64,000 nt of DNA from assembly GCA_002737705.1 (NCBI GenBank), contig NSIM01000006.1, forward strand, positions 11,002 through 75,001. The letters are read 5' to 3'. This document shows, one piece after another, positions 1 through 9,073 of the stretch (position 1 is the first letter of the stretch; the number at the start of each line of letters is the position of its first letter). The translations under genes and the position numbers were made by a program. This stretch comes from Flavobacteriales bacterium (lineage in GTDB: Bacteria > Bacteroidota > Bacteroidia > NS11-12g > UBA955). The notes under the pieces were generated by a model that ran no database searches, was not told where the DNA came from, and worked only from the letters and a program-made list of their open reading frames with translations.

Positions 1-1226
1 TTGATCGATATATTTTAGTCCAGCGTACATTGCAAAAATGGCAATCGAGAGAAGTCCGCCAATACGAATACTAATGCCCAAAGCAGTGCCGAAGACCAAT
101 CCAAAGGCAGAGCCCCATCTAAAATTTGGCCAGTGCTGAAAGGTTTTTATTGCATAATATAAACTCATAATATACCCCAAGGCAAAAGGAATGTCTTTGG
201 GGTTATTCATGGCTTCGCCAAAGAATCGGGGCATAAGCATGACCAACAGAAATGTAAGCCAAGCATAAAGCCAGCTTCCACTTAGCAATCTTCGAACAAT
301 CAATGCGGTGTATAAAACACAGAAAAAACCACAAAGTGCGTTCCACCAATGCCTAAATCCCATATAATCCTCAACACCCATAAAATAGGCCAACATAGTG
401 GTAAATGTATCAAAACTCGACCCATATAGATGCATCAAACGATCTGGATCCTTAATTGAAGCCAAATCTGAGCCCATGCTAGGGAGCATCTTGGCCAAGC
501 TTGGCATTCTTTGACCTTTCAGCTCATTTGTATCGATGGGTATTTGAATGTCTAATGGATTTAAATAGTAATTTGCAATGAGCTTGGAATAGGTATATTG
601 GGTAAATTCATCTCCCGAAACGGAAGCCGTTTTGCTCATTGTCGTCATAAAAACCAACGCGAGAAGTGAAAGAAGCATAAATACCCACTTGTGATAATTC
701 GTATTGCCCGTTACATAATATTGTATTGCGTAGCGAAACCAATTTTTTAAAGCGAAAAAAAAAGAAAAAGGGGTAGGAGTAGGCGTTTTTATGACGATCT
801 GATATTCCTTGGCAAGGGTTTTTTCACAATTATAAATAAGCTGTCCAATGGAATTGCATGGCGTTTTTTCTTTTATTAATACATTCAAACAATGGGTGCT
901 AAGCACTACAAACTTGGCGGCAGCATCGGAGGAGTCAAAACCAGTAAGTGTTTGTGAGAATATCTTTCCTTTGGAACGGGTTTTTGCGATAGCATAGCCT
1001 AAAAAAGGTTTGGGTCCAATTTCCTGCTTTACCGATTCTATTTCACTTGATTTGGGGAGTGTATCGCCCGCATAGACTATAATCGGTTTAGAGAAATCAA
1101 TAGCGTCCTGCATTTTCGCCATAAGAATGCGTCCATCAGGTGCTATTTCGTGCAATGGAAAAAGTTGAAACCTATTTTCGGGTTGATCTACTTGTTTTGA
1201 AATGGGAATGTGTTTTGACATACTTT
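1..1226 (-). CDS. polytopic membrane protein, function unknown; partial, 3' end lies beyond the window start. ATG at 1226 on the minus strand; a ~170-aa hydrophilic N-terminal region is followed by multiple hydrophobic helices
   Basis: My own translation of the reverse strand gives an open frame from 1226 to position 1 with no stop (MSKHIPISKQVDQ...FAMYAGLKYIDQ...). It is absent from the ORF track because it is truncated. Hydrophobic segments such as LLSLLALVFMTTM and WLTFLLVMLMPRFF are present. I did not recognise a known family. Confidence 0.5.
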
Positions 1227-1361
1227 TGGCAAACCTACAAGAATTTTTACATTGAAATTGAGCAATTAAAAGAAAATTTAGCGGGTTTTTAAGCAGTTAA
1301 TTGTAATAATATTTGTACAAGGCATATTTTATTGCCGATTCTAAAAAATATTTAACTAATT

Positions 1362-3779
1362 TTGCCGCCCGATCAAAGGAGGAACTATTTTTTGACAAAC
1401 AAAGAAAAAGAAACTGTTGCAGATGAAACCGTTGTTGTTTCAACTCCACAAAATGAACAAATTTCAGATGAAACCCCGCGTGTTTCAGATGTAGAAAACG
1501 AGACCGCCATTGAGGCAGTCATCGAAGAAATTTCAAAAATTTCAGCAGATCAAAACGAGGAACTTGTAGAAACAAGCATAGATGAGGTCTTTAAAGAAGT
1601 ATTGGAAATTCCACTGGTAGAAGCCCCAGAGACTTCATCAAAGCCTTCCAAAGCAAAAAAATCTGAGATAGGTGCAGCCAGTGCCCATGATGATTTTGAT
1701 TGGTCGGCAGACGATGCCGGCTTTGAAACGTATTCCAAGGATGAACGTAAGCAGTTAGAAGTTTCGTACAATTCCACTTTTCAACCCGTTATTGAAAAAC
1801 AAGTTGTAAAAGGGGTAATTGTTGGCATGAATGAAAAAGACGTAGTGATCAATATTGGCTTCAAAAGTGATGGTTTAGTTTCACGTCAAGAATTTCGTGA
1901 TATTCCCAATTTGGCACTAGGCGATGAAGTTGAAGTTTTTGTAGACGTTGCCGAAGACAAAATGGGGCAATTGATTTTGAGCAGAAAAAAAGCCCTTCAA
2001 GAAACTGCTTGGGAGAAAATTGTTGATGCCCACAACAGTGGTTCCATCGTTACTGGATATGTTCGTTCCAGAACAAAAGGGGGCTTGGTGGTCGATGTAT
2101 TTAGTTTTGACACGTTCTTACCCGGATCACAAATTGATACAAAGCCTGTTCGAGATTACGATCAATATGTAGGAAAAAACATGGATTTCAAGATTGTAAA
2201 AGTCAATGAAATCTTCAAAAATGTCGTCGTTTCTCATAAAGCGCTTATCGAAGACGATATTGAAGCGCAGAAGTCTGTAATATTGTCTAAACTAGAAAAA
2301 GGTCAAGTCGTTGAAGGCGTTGTAAAAAACATGACTTCTTTTGGCGTTTTCGTTGACTTGGGTGGAATCGATGGGTTGTTGCACATTACAGATATTTCGT
2401 GGGGCAGAATCAACCACCCTGAGGAAGTATTAAAATTGGATGACCGTATCCAGGTAGTTATCCTTGATTATGATGATGCCAAAAAGCGTATTTCTCTTGG
2501 ATTGAAGCAATTGTCGGCCCATCCTTGGGATGAATTAACCGATGATGTTAAAGAAGGCTCAACGATCTCAGGGAAGGTTGTTTCGGTAGCAGATTACGGC
2601 GCATTCATTGAAATAAAACCTGGTATTGAAGGCCTTGTTCACGTAAGTGAAATGAGTTGGAGTTCGCATTTGAGGAATCCATCCGAGTATCTTAATGTGG
2701 GAGATGAGGTTCAGACCCAAGTACTTACATTAAATAAAATTGAGCACAAGATGAGTTTGGGTATTAAACAATTAACCCAAGATCCATGGATTGAAATTGA
2801 AAACAATTTCGCCCAAGGAACGAAGCATTCAGGGGTTGTAAAAAATCTTACTACCTATGGATTGTTTCTTGAATTAAAAGAAGGTATTGACGGATTGGTG
2901 CATGTATCAGACCTCAGTTGGAATAAGAAAATTAAGCATCCCAGTGAGTTTACCAAAAAAGGCGCTGTATTGGATGTGATTGTTTTGGAGGTTGATAAAA
3001 TTAACCGGCGCTTGAGTTTAGGCCACAAACAATTGGAGGAAAATCCTTGGGAAACCTTTGAAACAATCTTCACAATTGGGTCTGTTCACGAGGGAACTGT
3101 TATGTCTACCAACGACAAAGGAGCCACCATTCAAATGCAATACGGTGTTGAGGCATTTGGCCCTTCTCGCCACATTAAAAAAGCCGACAATAAACCCTTG
3201 GTTGATGACGAAACTTTAGAATTTGAAGTTGTTGAATTTTCCAAAGATGCGAAACGAATCATTGTATCGCATACGAATATATGGAAAGGTGCCGAACGTG
3301 CCAATAAAGAAGCCGAGAACAACGAAAAAGACAAAGTACGCAGAAACGAAAGTAAGGTGGTTAAGAAAATGAATCAAACATCCGAAAAATCTACCTTTGG
3401 AGAATTGGATGCACTTACAGCCTTGCGGGAACAATTTGAAAAGGCCGAAAAAAGCACTAAGAAAGAAGTTGCAGCCAAAGTGAATGAGCCAATCGCACCT
3501 GATGCAGGTGTTGTAAAGTCAGAAAAAATCATTGGCAAATCAAAGTCTAAAGTACCAGTAAAAGAAGTTGTTGACGCAACAACCAACGACGCCAAATCGC
3601 TAAAATCTCTTTCAGGGGTTGGTCCTGTTATGGAGAAACGAATGAATGGTCTGGGAATAAACTCTCTCCAAAATGTGTTGGATTTAGACACTAGCCATAT
3701 CGAAACCATGGTTTCTAAAGATGCTAAAATATCGTCTGAACAATGGAATAAGTGGATTGAAGAAGCCAAATCGATTTAA
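1362..3779 (+). CDS. rpsA: 30S ribosomal protein S1, with an acidic N-terminal extension and a C-terminal extension containing a helix-hairpin-helix-like motif
   Basis: Repeated S1 domains (VVKGVIVGMNEKDVVINIGFKSDGLV; GYVRSRTKGGLVVDV; VVEGVVKNMTSFGVFVDLGGIDGLLHITDISW; ISGKVVSVADYGAFIEI; HSGVVKNLTTYGLFLEL). A DFDW motif in the acidic N-terminus is typical of Bacteroidota S1. The frame contains no ATG before the first S1 domain, so the start must be TTG at 1362 or TTG at 1392. The TTG at 1392 lies 9 nt after an AAGGAGG motif. Confidence 0.85.
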   Translation: MPPDQRRNYFLTNKEKETVADETVVVSTPQNEQISDETPRVSDVENETAIEAVIEEISKISADQNEELVETSIDEVFKEVLEIPLVEAPETSSKPSKAKKSEIGAASAHDDFDWSADDAGFETYSKDERKQLEVSYNSTFQPVIEKQVVKGVIVGMNEKDVVINIGFKSDGLVSRQEFRDIPNLALGDEVEVFVDVAEDKMGQLILSRKKALQETAWEKIVDAHNSGSIVTGYVRSRTKGGLVVDVFSFDTFLPGSQIDTKPVRDYDQYVGKNMDFKIVKVNEIFKNVVVSHKALIEDDIEAQKSVILSKLEKGQVVEGVVKNMTSFGVFVDLGGIDGLLHITDISWGRINHPEEVLKLDDRIQVVILDYDDAKKRISLGLKQLSAHPWDELTDDVKEGSTISGKVVSVADYGAFIEIKPGIEGLVHVSEMSWSSHLRNPSEYLNVGDEVQTQVLTLNKIEHKMSLGIKQLTQDPWIEIENNFAQGTKHSGVVKNLTTYGLFLELKEGIDGLVHVSDLSWNKKIKHPSEFTKKGAVLDVIVLEVDKINRRLSLGHKQLEENPWETFETIFTIGSVHEGTVMSTNDKGATIQMQYGVEAFGPSRHIKKADNKPLVDDETLEFEVVEFSKDAKRIIVSHTNIWKGAERANKEAENNEKDKVRRNESKVVKKMNQTSEKSTFGELDALTALREQFEKAEKSTKKEVAAKVNEPIAPDAGVVKSEKIIGKSKSKVPVKEVVDATTNDAKSLKSLSGVGPVMEKRMNGLGINSLQNVLDLDTSHIETMVSKDAKISSEQWNKWIEEAKSI

Positions 3780-3795
3780 GCCCAGTAATTTCCTT

Positions 3796-3828
3796 AAAAT
3801 CCCTGCCTTGGTGGGGATTTTGTTTTTA
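3796..3828 (+). terminator. rho-independent terminator hairpin (AAAATCCC-loop-GGGATTTT followed by a T-run) downstream of rpsA
   Basis: The inverted repeat aaaatccc/ggggatttt and the run tgtttttat are read directly from the sequence. Confidence 0.55.
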
Positions 3829-3851
3829 TAATAAGTATTATTATTGTAGAC

Positions 3852-4487
3852 ATGGAAGAGCAGTTGTTTGGCGCTTTTATTATTAGTCTTCTTCACGGTT
3901 TTATTCCGAGTCATTGGTTGCCTTTTTTGGGATTGGCAAATAAAATGGGATGGAGCAAGTCCACAACGATGCGCTATACTTCGATGGCGGCAATTGCACA
4001 TACCTTGGGCACAATTTTAATCGGATTAACAATCGCTTTACTCACACGTTTTTCTGTCTCAACAACGGATTTAGAATCGGTTAAACGCATTGCGGGTTTT
4101 CAATTTAACACAGTGGGTTCTGGGATATTAATTCTCCTTGGATTTTGGTTTTTATATCGCCACCACAGGCACCACCATTTTCATTTTCCAGAATCCGAAG
4201 ACAAATCCCAGTCAAAATGGGTATTTGGGTCTATACTTTTGGCATTGTTTTTATCTCCTTGTATGGAAATCGAAGCCTATTTTTTAACCCTTGCACCAAT
4301 GGGTTGGCCTAGCATAGTATTGCTTATCGTGATGTACTCTTCAACTACATGGCTGAGCATGATGGGAGGGGTTTGGATTGGATACAGTGGAATTAAAATA
4401 TGGAATTCACACAAATTAGAGCATAATTCTGGCCTAATAACGGGAATTGTTATGGTGTTGTCTGGGATACTGCTGTTTTTTTCTTGA
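3852..4487 (+). CDS. DsbD/NicO-superfamily-like membrane protein with a His-rich loop; putative metal (Ni/Co) transporter of HupE/UreJ/RcnA type
   Basis: About six transmembrane segments. LLHGFIPSHWLP resembles the CcdA/DsbD LLSFLSPCVLP motif with His in place of Cys. The second half keeps an SPC motif (FLSPCMEIEAYF). The loop HHRHHHFHFPE is histidine-rich. The family assignment is by pattern only. Confidence 0.4.
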   Translation: MEEQLFGAFIISLLHGFIPSHWLPFLGLANKMGWSKSTTMRYTSMAAIAHTLGTILIGLTIALLTRFSVSTTDLESVKRIAGFQFNTVGSGILILLGFWFLYRHHRHHHFHFPESEDKSQSKWVFGSILLALFLSPCMEIEAYFLTLAPMGWPSIVLLIVMYSSTTWLSMMGGVWIGYSGIKIWNSHKLEHNSGLITGIVMVLSGILLFFS

Positions 4488-5214
4488 TACCCAAATAATT
4501 GTCTATTAGGCTGCGAATAAAATACAGGAGGGGCAGGAGAAGTATTGCCATCCCTAATTTATAGGCATAGTTTATGGTTCCCACTTGTAAAATCCAAAGC
4601 AAATCGTATTTCCCGCTTATATAAAAAGCGATAATCAATACAACATAACTATCGATAAACTGACTTACAACAGTGCTACCAGTAGATCTTAGCCAGATAT
4701 GCTTATCACCTGTTTTATCTTTTAATTTTTTGAATATAGATGCGTCAACCATTTGGCCAATGAGGAATGCGACCAATGAACCCAAAATGATCATCAACCC
4801 TTGTCCAAAAATTGCATTGAAAGCGTTTTCCATGTCATTCAGACCTTGATTTTGACCACTCGAATTCCAAAAATTTGCACCCTTAAGCGCCATGGCCAAT
4901 CGAACGGCCAAGAATGAATACACAAGAAGTCCTGCAGCAATCCAAGACAATTTCTGCACCCCTTTTTTGCCAAAATATTCATTGATTATATCGGTTAAAA
5001 TAAAAACAAAAGGCCACAAAATAACGCCTGCAGTCATGTCAAAATTGCATTGACCACCCAAAATTTGGAGGTTTGCAGGGGCTATGCCCAGTGTTCTTTC
5101 CAAAGAAAATATTTTTGCCCCAATAAATTCGGCAACAATGGCATTGGTCAAAAAAATCATACCGAGTAATAAAAACAGGTGATTTTTTTTGTTTTCCAGG
5201 GTTGAAATGTTCAT
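4450..5214 (-). CDS. yhhQ: queuosine-precursor transporter of the YhhQ / DUF165 (Vut_1) family
   Basis: Characteristic motifs ILWPFVFILTDIINEYFGKK and RSTGSTVVSQFIDSYVV. Polytopic membrane protein of 254 aa. Its 3' end overlaps the convergent upstream gene by 38 nt. Confidence 0.7.
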   Translation of the reverse strand: MNISTLENKKNHLFLLLGMIFLTNAIVAEFIGAKIFSLERTLGIAPANLQILGGQCNFDMTAGVILWPFVFILTDIINEYFGKKGVQKLSWIAAGLLVYSFLAVRLAMALKGANFWNSSGQNQGLNDMENAFNAIFGQGLMIILGSLVAFLIGQMVDASIFKKLKDKTGDKHIWLRSTGSTVVSQFIDSYVVLIIAFYISGKYDLLWILQVGTINYAYKLGMAILLLPLLYFIRSLIDNYLGIKKKTAVSQTTP

Positions 5215-5331
5215 CTTTTTTTTACGTTTGAATGCAAAAATAGTTCAATGTTCGTCTATCAGAATAGACAATCACCACTTTGTAGATATTACCAGCAAAA
5301 TGCTTTCGTTTTTCTATAGAATTTTGCGGGT

Positions 5332-6399
5332 ATGTCTAATTTGCGATTGATATTATGCTATGTTATATGCATCATCAGTCAATGTTGTGTGTCTTTAGAA
5401 GGGCTTGCCCAACAGACATTTTCTGCATTGATGGAAAAGGGTATTCGCTTAGATGACGACAAAGAGTTTTTTGAAGCGGTTGCCAATTTTGATCGCGCCA
5501 TTGGGATGGAATCCAATAATGAACAAGCTTGGCTCAGCCGAGGCGTGGTTCGAATTCACATGAAAGAGTATGGTTTGGCTGTAGTGGATTTTAACAAAGC
5601 CATTTACCTAAATCCCGAATTGATGACTGCTTATTTGTACCGGTATATTGCCTATCGAGAAACAGAAAATTATCTATTTGCTTTCAGTGATATTAATTAT
5701 TATTTGGCCCATGATCAGCTAGATACCATAGCCAGAAAGTATCGTTTTGAAATTTCAATAGTATTGAAAGAATGGTCAGTAGCTGCTGACGATTTGTTGT
5801 GGATTCGCAAGACTTTGGGCGAAGAGGTTTTTACAGCAATGTTCATTCAATTGGCTACTTCAATTCAGGCGACCAAATCGTTTTTAGAATTCCAACCCAT
5901 AGTAACGCAGTGTTATTTGGTAAACCCTTCCAATGAAACTGTATTGTTGTCGATGGTCAATAATTCTTATCAATTGTCTGAATACAATACCTGCCTGAAG
6001 TCAGTTAACACAGCCCTTGTTTCCCAGCCACAAAATCTTCACCTATTAAAAATTCGTGCCGATGTTTTATTTTACCTTAACCAATTAGAAGAATCGGAAA
6101 AGGCATTTGCGTATTTATTGCAATTGGAACCCTCCGACGGGAATGCAATGGCTGATTATGGTCATTGTCTATTGCAATTAAAAAAATGGGGGGATGCCGA
6201 TACGTGGTTAACAAAATCCATTGCAAGCAAAAATACAAGTCCGGCATATGCCTATTTAGGGAGGGGAATTGCACGTTTTAATATGGGAAAAACTGGAATT
6301 GCTTGCACTGATTGGGAAAGAAGCTACCGCTTGGGAGAAAAAAATGCTCAAAAATGGCTCGAAGAAAATTGCCTGTCTACAAACAATAAAAAACCATGA
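5332..6399 (+). CDS. TPR-repeat protein with an N-terminal hydrophobic signal-like segment
   Basis: TPR-like repeats (AWLSRGVVRIHMKEYGLAVVDFNKAIYLNP; AYAYLGRGIARFNMGKTGIACTDWERSYRLG). Function unknown. Confidence 0.55.
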   Translation: MSNLRLILCYVICIISQCCVSLEGLAQQTFSALMEKGIRLDDDKEFFEAVANFDRAIGMESNNEQAWLSRGVVRIHMKEYGLAVVDFNKAIYLNPELMTAYLYRYIAYRETENYLFAFSDINYYLAHDQLDTIARKYRFEISIVLKEWSVAADDLLWIRKTLGEEVFTAMFIQLATSIQATKSFLEFQPIVTQCYLVNPSNETVLLSMVNNSYQLSEYNTCLKSVNTALVSQPQNLHLLKIRADVLFYLNQLEESEKAFAYLLQLEPSDGNAMADYGHCLLQLKKWGDADTWLTKSIASKNTSPAYAYLGRGIARFNMGKTGIACTDWERSYRLGEKNAQKWLEENCLSTNNKKP

Positions 6400-7307
6400 G
6401 AACACAAAATTTCTTGCCCTTTGTTTTTTCTTTTCTGTGGATTAACCTAGCCTCCTGCCAACAAACACAAAAGAACAACCCAAAAATCAATAAAGATTCT
6501 TTTTCTGTTGTAAAAATACCCAAATCGCAGTTACAATTTTTTTCTACAACCCCCCCCGTTTTGTTCTGGAGCCGGGTTATAACGACAAGCAAGGATTCGT
6601 GTATTGTTGTACATAAGGATACACGAAGAATATTGAAAACAATTGGCTCGGATTGTTTGGATACTTTGGTTAAATACAATAAGCTTGATTCTTTGGCAGA
6701 TTGGTATCGAAATCAATACAATTACGACAGTGTGCAGGTGATTAAATTTGTTCGTGGTAAAAAGGATTTTTTTGATTTTTCCAAGGTGGGCATTCTTGTT
6801 GACAACGCAAAAAAAATATTTGAACTCTATAATGTGAACCCAATATATGCACAATTTATTCTGCTAATTGAGTCACCCAATAACCCTAAAGCCAGCTCGA
6901 GTTCGGGCGCTGTAGGGCATTACCAACTCATGCCATTTGTGGCAAAAAAATACAAATTGGTGGTAAGCAAAGCCAGGGATGATCGCCATGACTTTGACAA
7001 AAGTAGTATGGCAGCGGCAAAATTGTTGCGGGATTATTGTATACCCAATGCCCGTAATATTTCGATTTCTATCGGGTTAAGCCCAGATGAAAACGCATTG
7101 TGGTTTCAGTTACTGGTAATGCATGTATACAACGCAGGCGCTGGAAATGTGAGAAAGGCAGTTTTATTTATTGGCCATTGCTCTGATGGAAATGAATTAA
7201 TTCTAACATTGTGGAAAACCCATGTAGGGGCTTTTGGGAATTCCTCACAAAATTATAGTCAATTGGCCCTGGCCAGTTATATAAATTACATGCAATGGAT
7301 GCAGTAA
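6396..7307 (+). CDS. secreted lytic transglycosylase (SLT) domain protein
   Basis: Signal peptide MRTQNFLPFVFSFLWINLASC. The SLT catalytic-region motif LLIESPNNPKASSSSGAVGHYQLMPFVAKKYKL is present (E-S ... G-A-x-G-L/H-x-Q-L-M-P). The start overlaps the previous gene by 4 nt (ATGA). Confidence 0.6.
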   Translation: MRTQNFLPFVFSFLWINLASCQQTQKNNPKINKDSFSVVKIPKSQLQFFSTTPPVLFWSRVITTSKDSCIVVHKDTRRILKTIGSDCLDTLVKYNKLDSLADWYRNQYNYDSVQVIKFVRGKKDFFDFSKVGILVDNAKKIFELYNVNPIYAQFILLIESPNNPKASSSSGAVGHYQLMPFVAKKYKLVVSKARDDRHDFDKSSMAAAKLLRDYCIPNARNISISIGLSPDENALWFQLLVMHVYNAGAGNVRKAVLFIGHCSDGNELILTLWKTHVGAFGNSSQNYSQLALASYINYMQWMQ

Positions 7308-7699
7308 GCCTTTTTTACGATGAGTAAATTCTTTGCAATGATGGCGAATCGGGTCTTCATAACTATCGAACAAATCGAAGCTCGCTCCGCAATACAAATC
7401 GATACAATGGCAATGTTTTTGACAATGGTTCAAGTTTGTGAATTGCCAAAACGGAATTCTCGGGTATTGTTTCGATGGGCTTTTGTTTTTACAGGAAAAA
7501 AAACGGTGTATTTTGGTTTGATGACGCTTTGTAAATTGTTTGGGCAAATATTTTTATTGCCAATGTGTAAATTTTCTTTTTTACACAATAAAACGTCTCT
7601 TTAACAACTACAATTTTAAGGGGATACATCAATTATTTAGACCAATTTTAAATTATGAAATTTGTTGTGAATTTATTCCTAGTTGGCGCTGTATTGATT

Positions 7700-7707
7700 T
7701 ATCTTTG
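7700..7707 (+). promoter_or_regulatory. candidate Bacteroidota sigma-A -7 element (TATCTTTG, matching TAnnTTTG) 28 nt upstream of the actA ATG
   Basis: The motif is read from the sequence. No cleanly spaced -33 TTG partner was found, so this is tentative. Confidence 0.3.
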
Positions 7708-7734
7708 TAGTGCAAAAAGAAGTGTTCTTTAAAC

Positions 7735-9048
7735 ATGCTTAAACAAAATACAAAGTTCTGGATGCTGTCTGCCTTTATGGCTTTGACCACATCCGCATTT
7801 ACCCAGGATTCATTCAATGCCGATAATGGAAAAAAGTTGTTTGAAGCCAATTGTGTCAGTTGCCATGCCATTGACAAAAAAGTAATTGGGCCCGCCCTTC
7901 GGGGTATTCAACTAAGAAGAGATAGTGAATGGTTGGTTCAATGGATTCGCAACAATGAGAAGTTTCGCAAGGTAACGAAAGACCCTGATGCGATAGCCCT
8001 ATACAACGAGTATAATGGGGCTGCAATGAATGTATTTGAGAACCTCACGCGGGTCAATGTTTTGGAAATAGTTGAGTATATCAAAACCGCACCCGAAGCT
8101 CCAAAAAATGCAGTTGTGATCGACTCTGCTGATGGAACAAAAAAAGAAGACAACACCAATGTATATATTTTGCTTACTCTGGTTGCCATTTTCAGTATTG
8201 TCCTATTGATATTGGCCAGAGTCAAAAACACATTGCGAAGAATCGCTGCTGAAAAAAATCCAGAAGAGTATGCCGAATGGCTAGCTCCCAAAAAGGGCTT
8301 TTTTGAAAAAATACTTCCAGGGAAATGGGGCAAATTAAATCCTAAGGTTTTAACCTTGTTTAGTGTGGCAATAGTGAGTGTTCCTGTATTGTATTATGGA
8401 TTTGAATTTAGCATAACTGAGGTCGCTGTTCAAAAAGGGTATGCACCCAAGCAGCCCATTGCGTTTTCTCATCAACTGCATGCTGGTCAATTGAAAATGA
8501 ATTGTCAATATTGTCATTCTTCTGTCGAAAAAAGCAAACAGGCTTCAATCCCTGCACTGAATACCTGCATGAATTGCCATAAGGGTGTTCAACTTACTGA
8601 AAAATACAATGGTGAAATTTCTCCTGAAATCAAAAAAATATATACAGCCTTAGATTATAATCCTGAAGGCAAAGAGGGCGAGCAATATGGAAAAAATCCT
8701 CGTCCTGTTCGCTGGATTAGAATCCATAATTTACCAGATCATGCCTATTTTAATCACTCTCAACACGTTAAAGTTGGCAAGCAATCTTGTCAGACATGCC
8801 ACGGTGCCATTGAGAAAATGGAAGTTGTTCAACAGGTGAATACTCTTCAAATGGGGTGGTGTATAGATTGTCACAGAGTTTCACAAGTAGACGTTGCCAA
8901 TAACAATTATTACAAAGCGCTTCATGACAAAGCCAAGGCTGATATTGCCAAAAATAACCAAAGTAGCAAGTATTTTTCAGCTGATGGAACTGTTAAGTTA
9001 ACTGCAGCTATGAATGGCGGACTGGAATGTTCCAAATGTCACTATTAA
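7735..9048 (+). CDS. actA: alternative complex III subunit ActA, a multihaem cytochrome c with six CXXCH motifs and an N-terminal monohaem-like domain
   Basis: Signal peptide. CXXCH motifs: CVSCH, CQYCH, CMNCH, CQTCH, CIDCH, CSKCH. Two hydrophobic helices (VYILLTLVAIFSIVLLILA; VLTLFSVAIVSVPVLYYGF) flank a positively charged loop. It is first in an actABCDEF-ordered cluster. Confidence 0.85.
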   Translation: MLKQNTKFWMLSAFMALTTSAFTQDSFNADNGKKLFEANCVSCHAIDKKVIGPALRGIQLRRDSEWLVQWIRNNEKFRKVTKDPDAIALYNEYNGAAMNVFENLTRVNVLEIVEYIKTAPEAPKNAVVIDSADGTKKEDNTNVYILLTLVAIFSIVLLILARVKNTLRRIAAEKNPEEYAEWLAPKKGFFEKILPGKWGKLNPKVLTLFSVAIVSVPVLYYGFEFSITEVAVQKGYAPKQPIAFSHQLHAGQLKMNCQYCHSSVEKSKQASIPALNTCMNCHKGVQLTEKYNGEISPEIKKIYTALDYNPEGKEGEQYGKNPRPVRWIRIHNLPDHAYFNHSQHVKVGKQSCQTCHGAIEKMEVVQQVNTLQMGWCIDCHRVSQVDVANNNYYKALHDKAKADIAKNNQSSKYFSADGTVKLTAAMNGGLECSKCHY

Positions 9049-9073
9049 TAGTATCAAACTAAGAATCAATACC

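Noticed and set aside
1550-3769. Several antisense ORFs (65-131 aa) embedded in rpsA on the minus strand
   Set aside because: They lie entirely within a highly conserved ribosomal protein gene and have low-complexity Ser/Thr/Phe-rich translations. These are typical shadow ORFs.
5215-5331. Possible preQ1 riboswitch upstream of the YhhQ-type queuosine-precursor transporter (hairpin GTCTAT-CAGA-ATAGAC)
   Set aside because: The loop is too small (4 nt) and the 3' tail lacks the A-rich pseudoknot partner expected of preQ1-I. It is more likely a simple operator or a chance palindrome in a divergent promoter region.
7245-7604. A Cys/His-rich 100-aa ORF (minus) and a 94-aa ORF (plus) in the act-operon upstream region
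   Set aside because: They overlap each other, have no signal or family features, and lie in an AT-rich promoter-like region. Neither can be supported as a gene.
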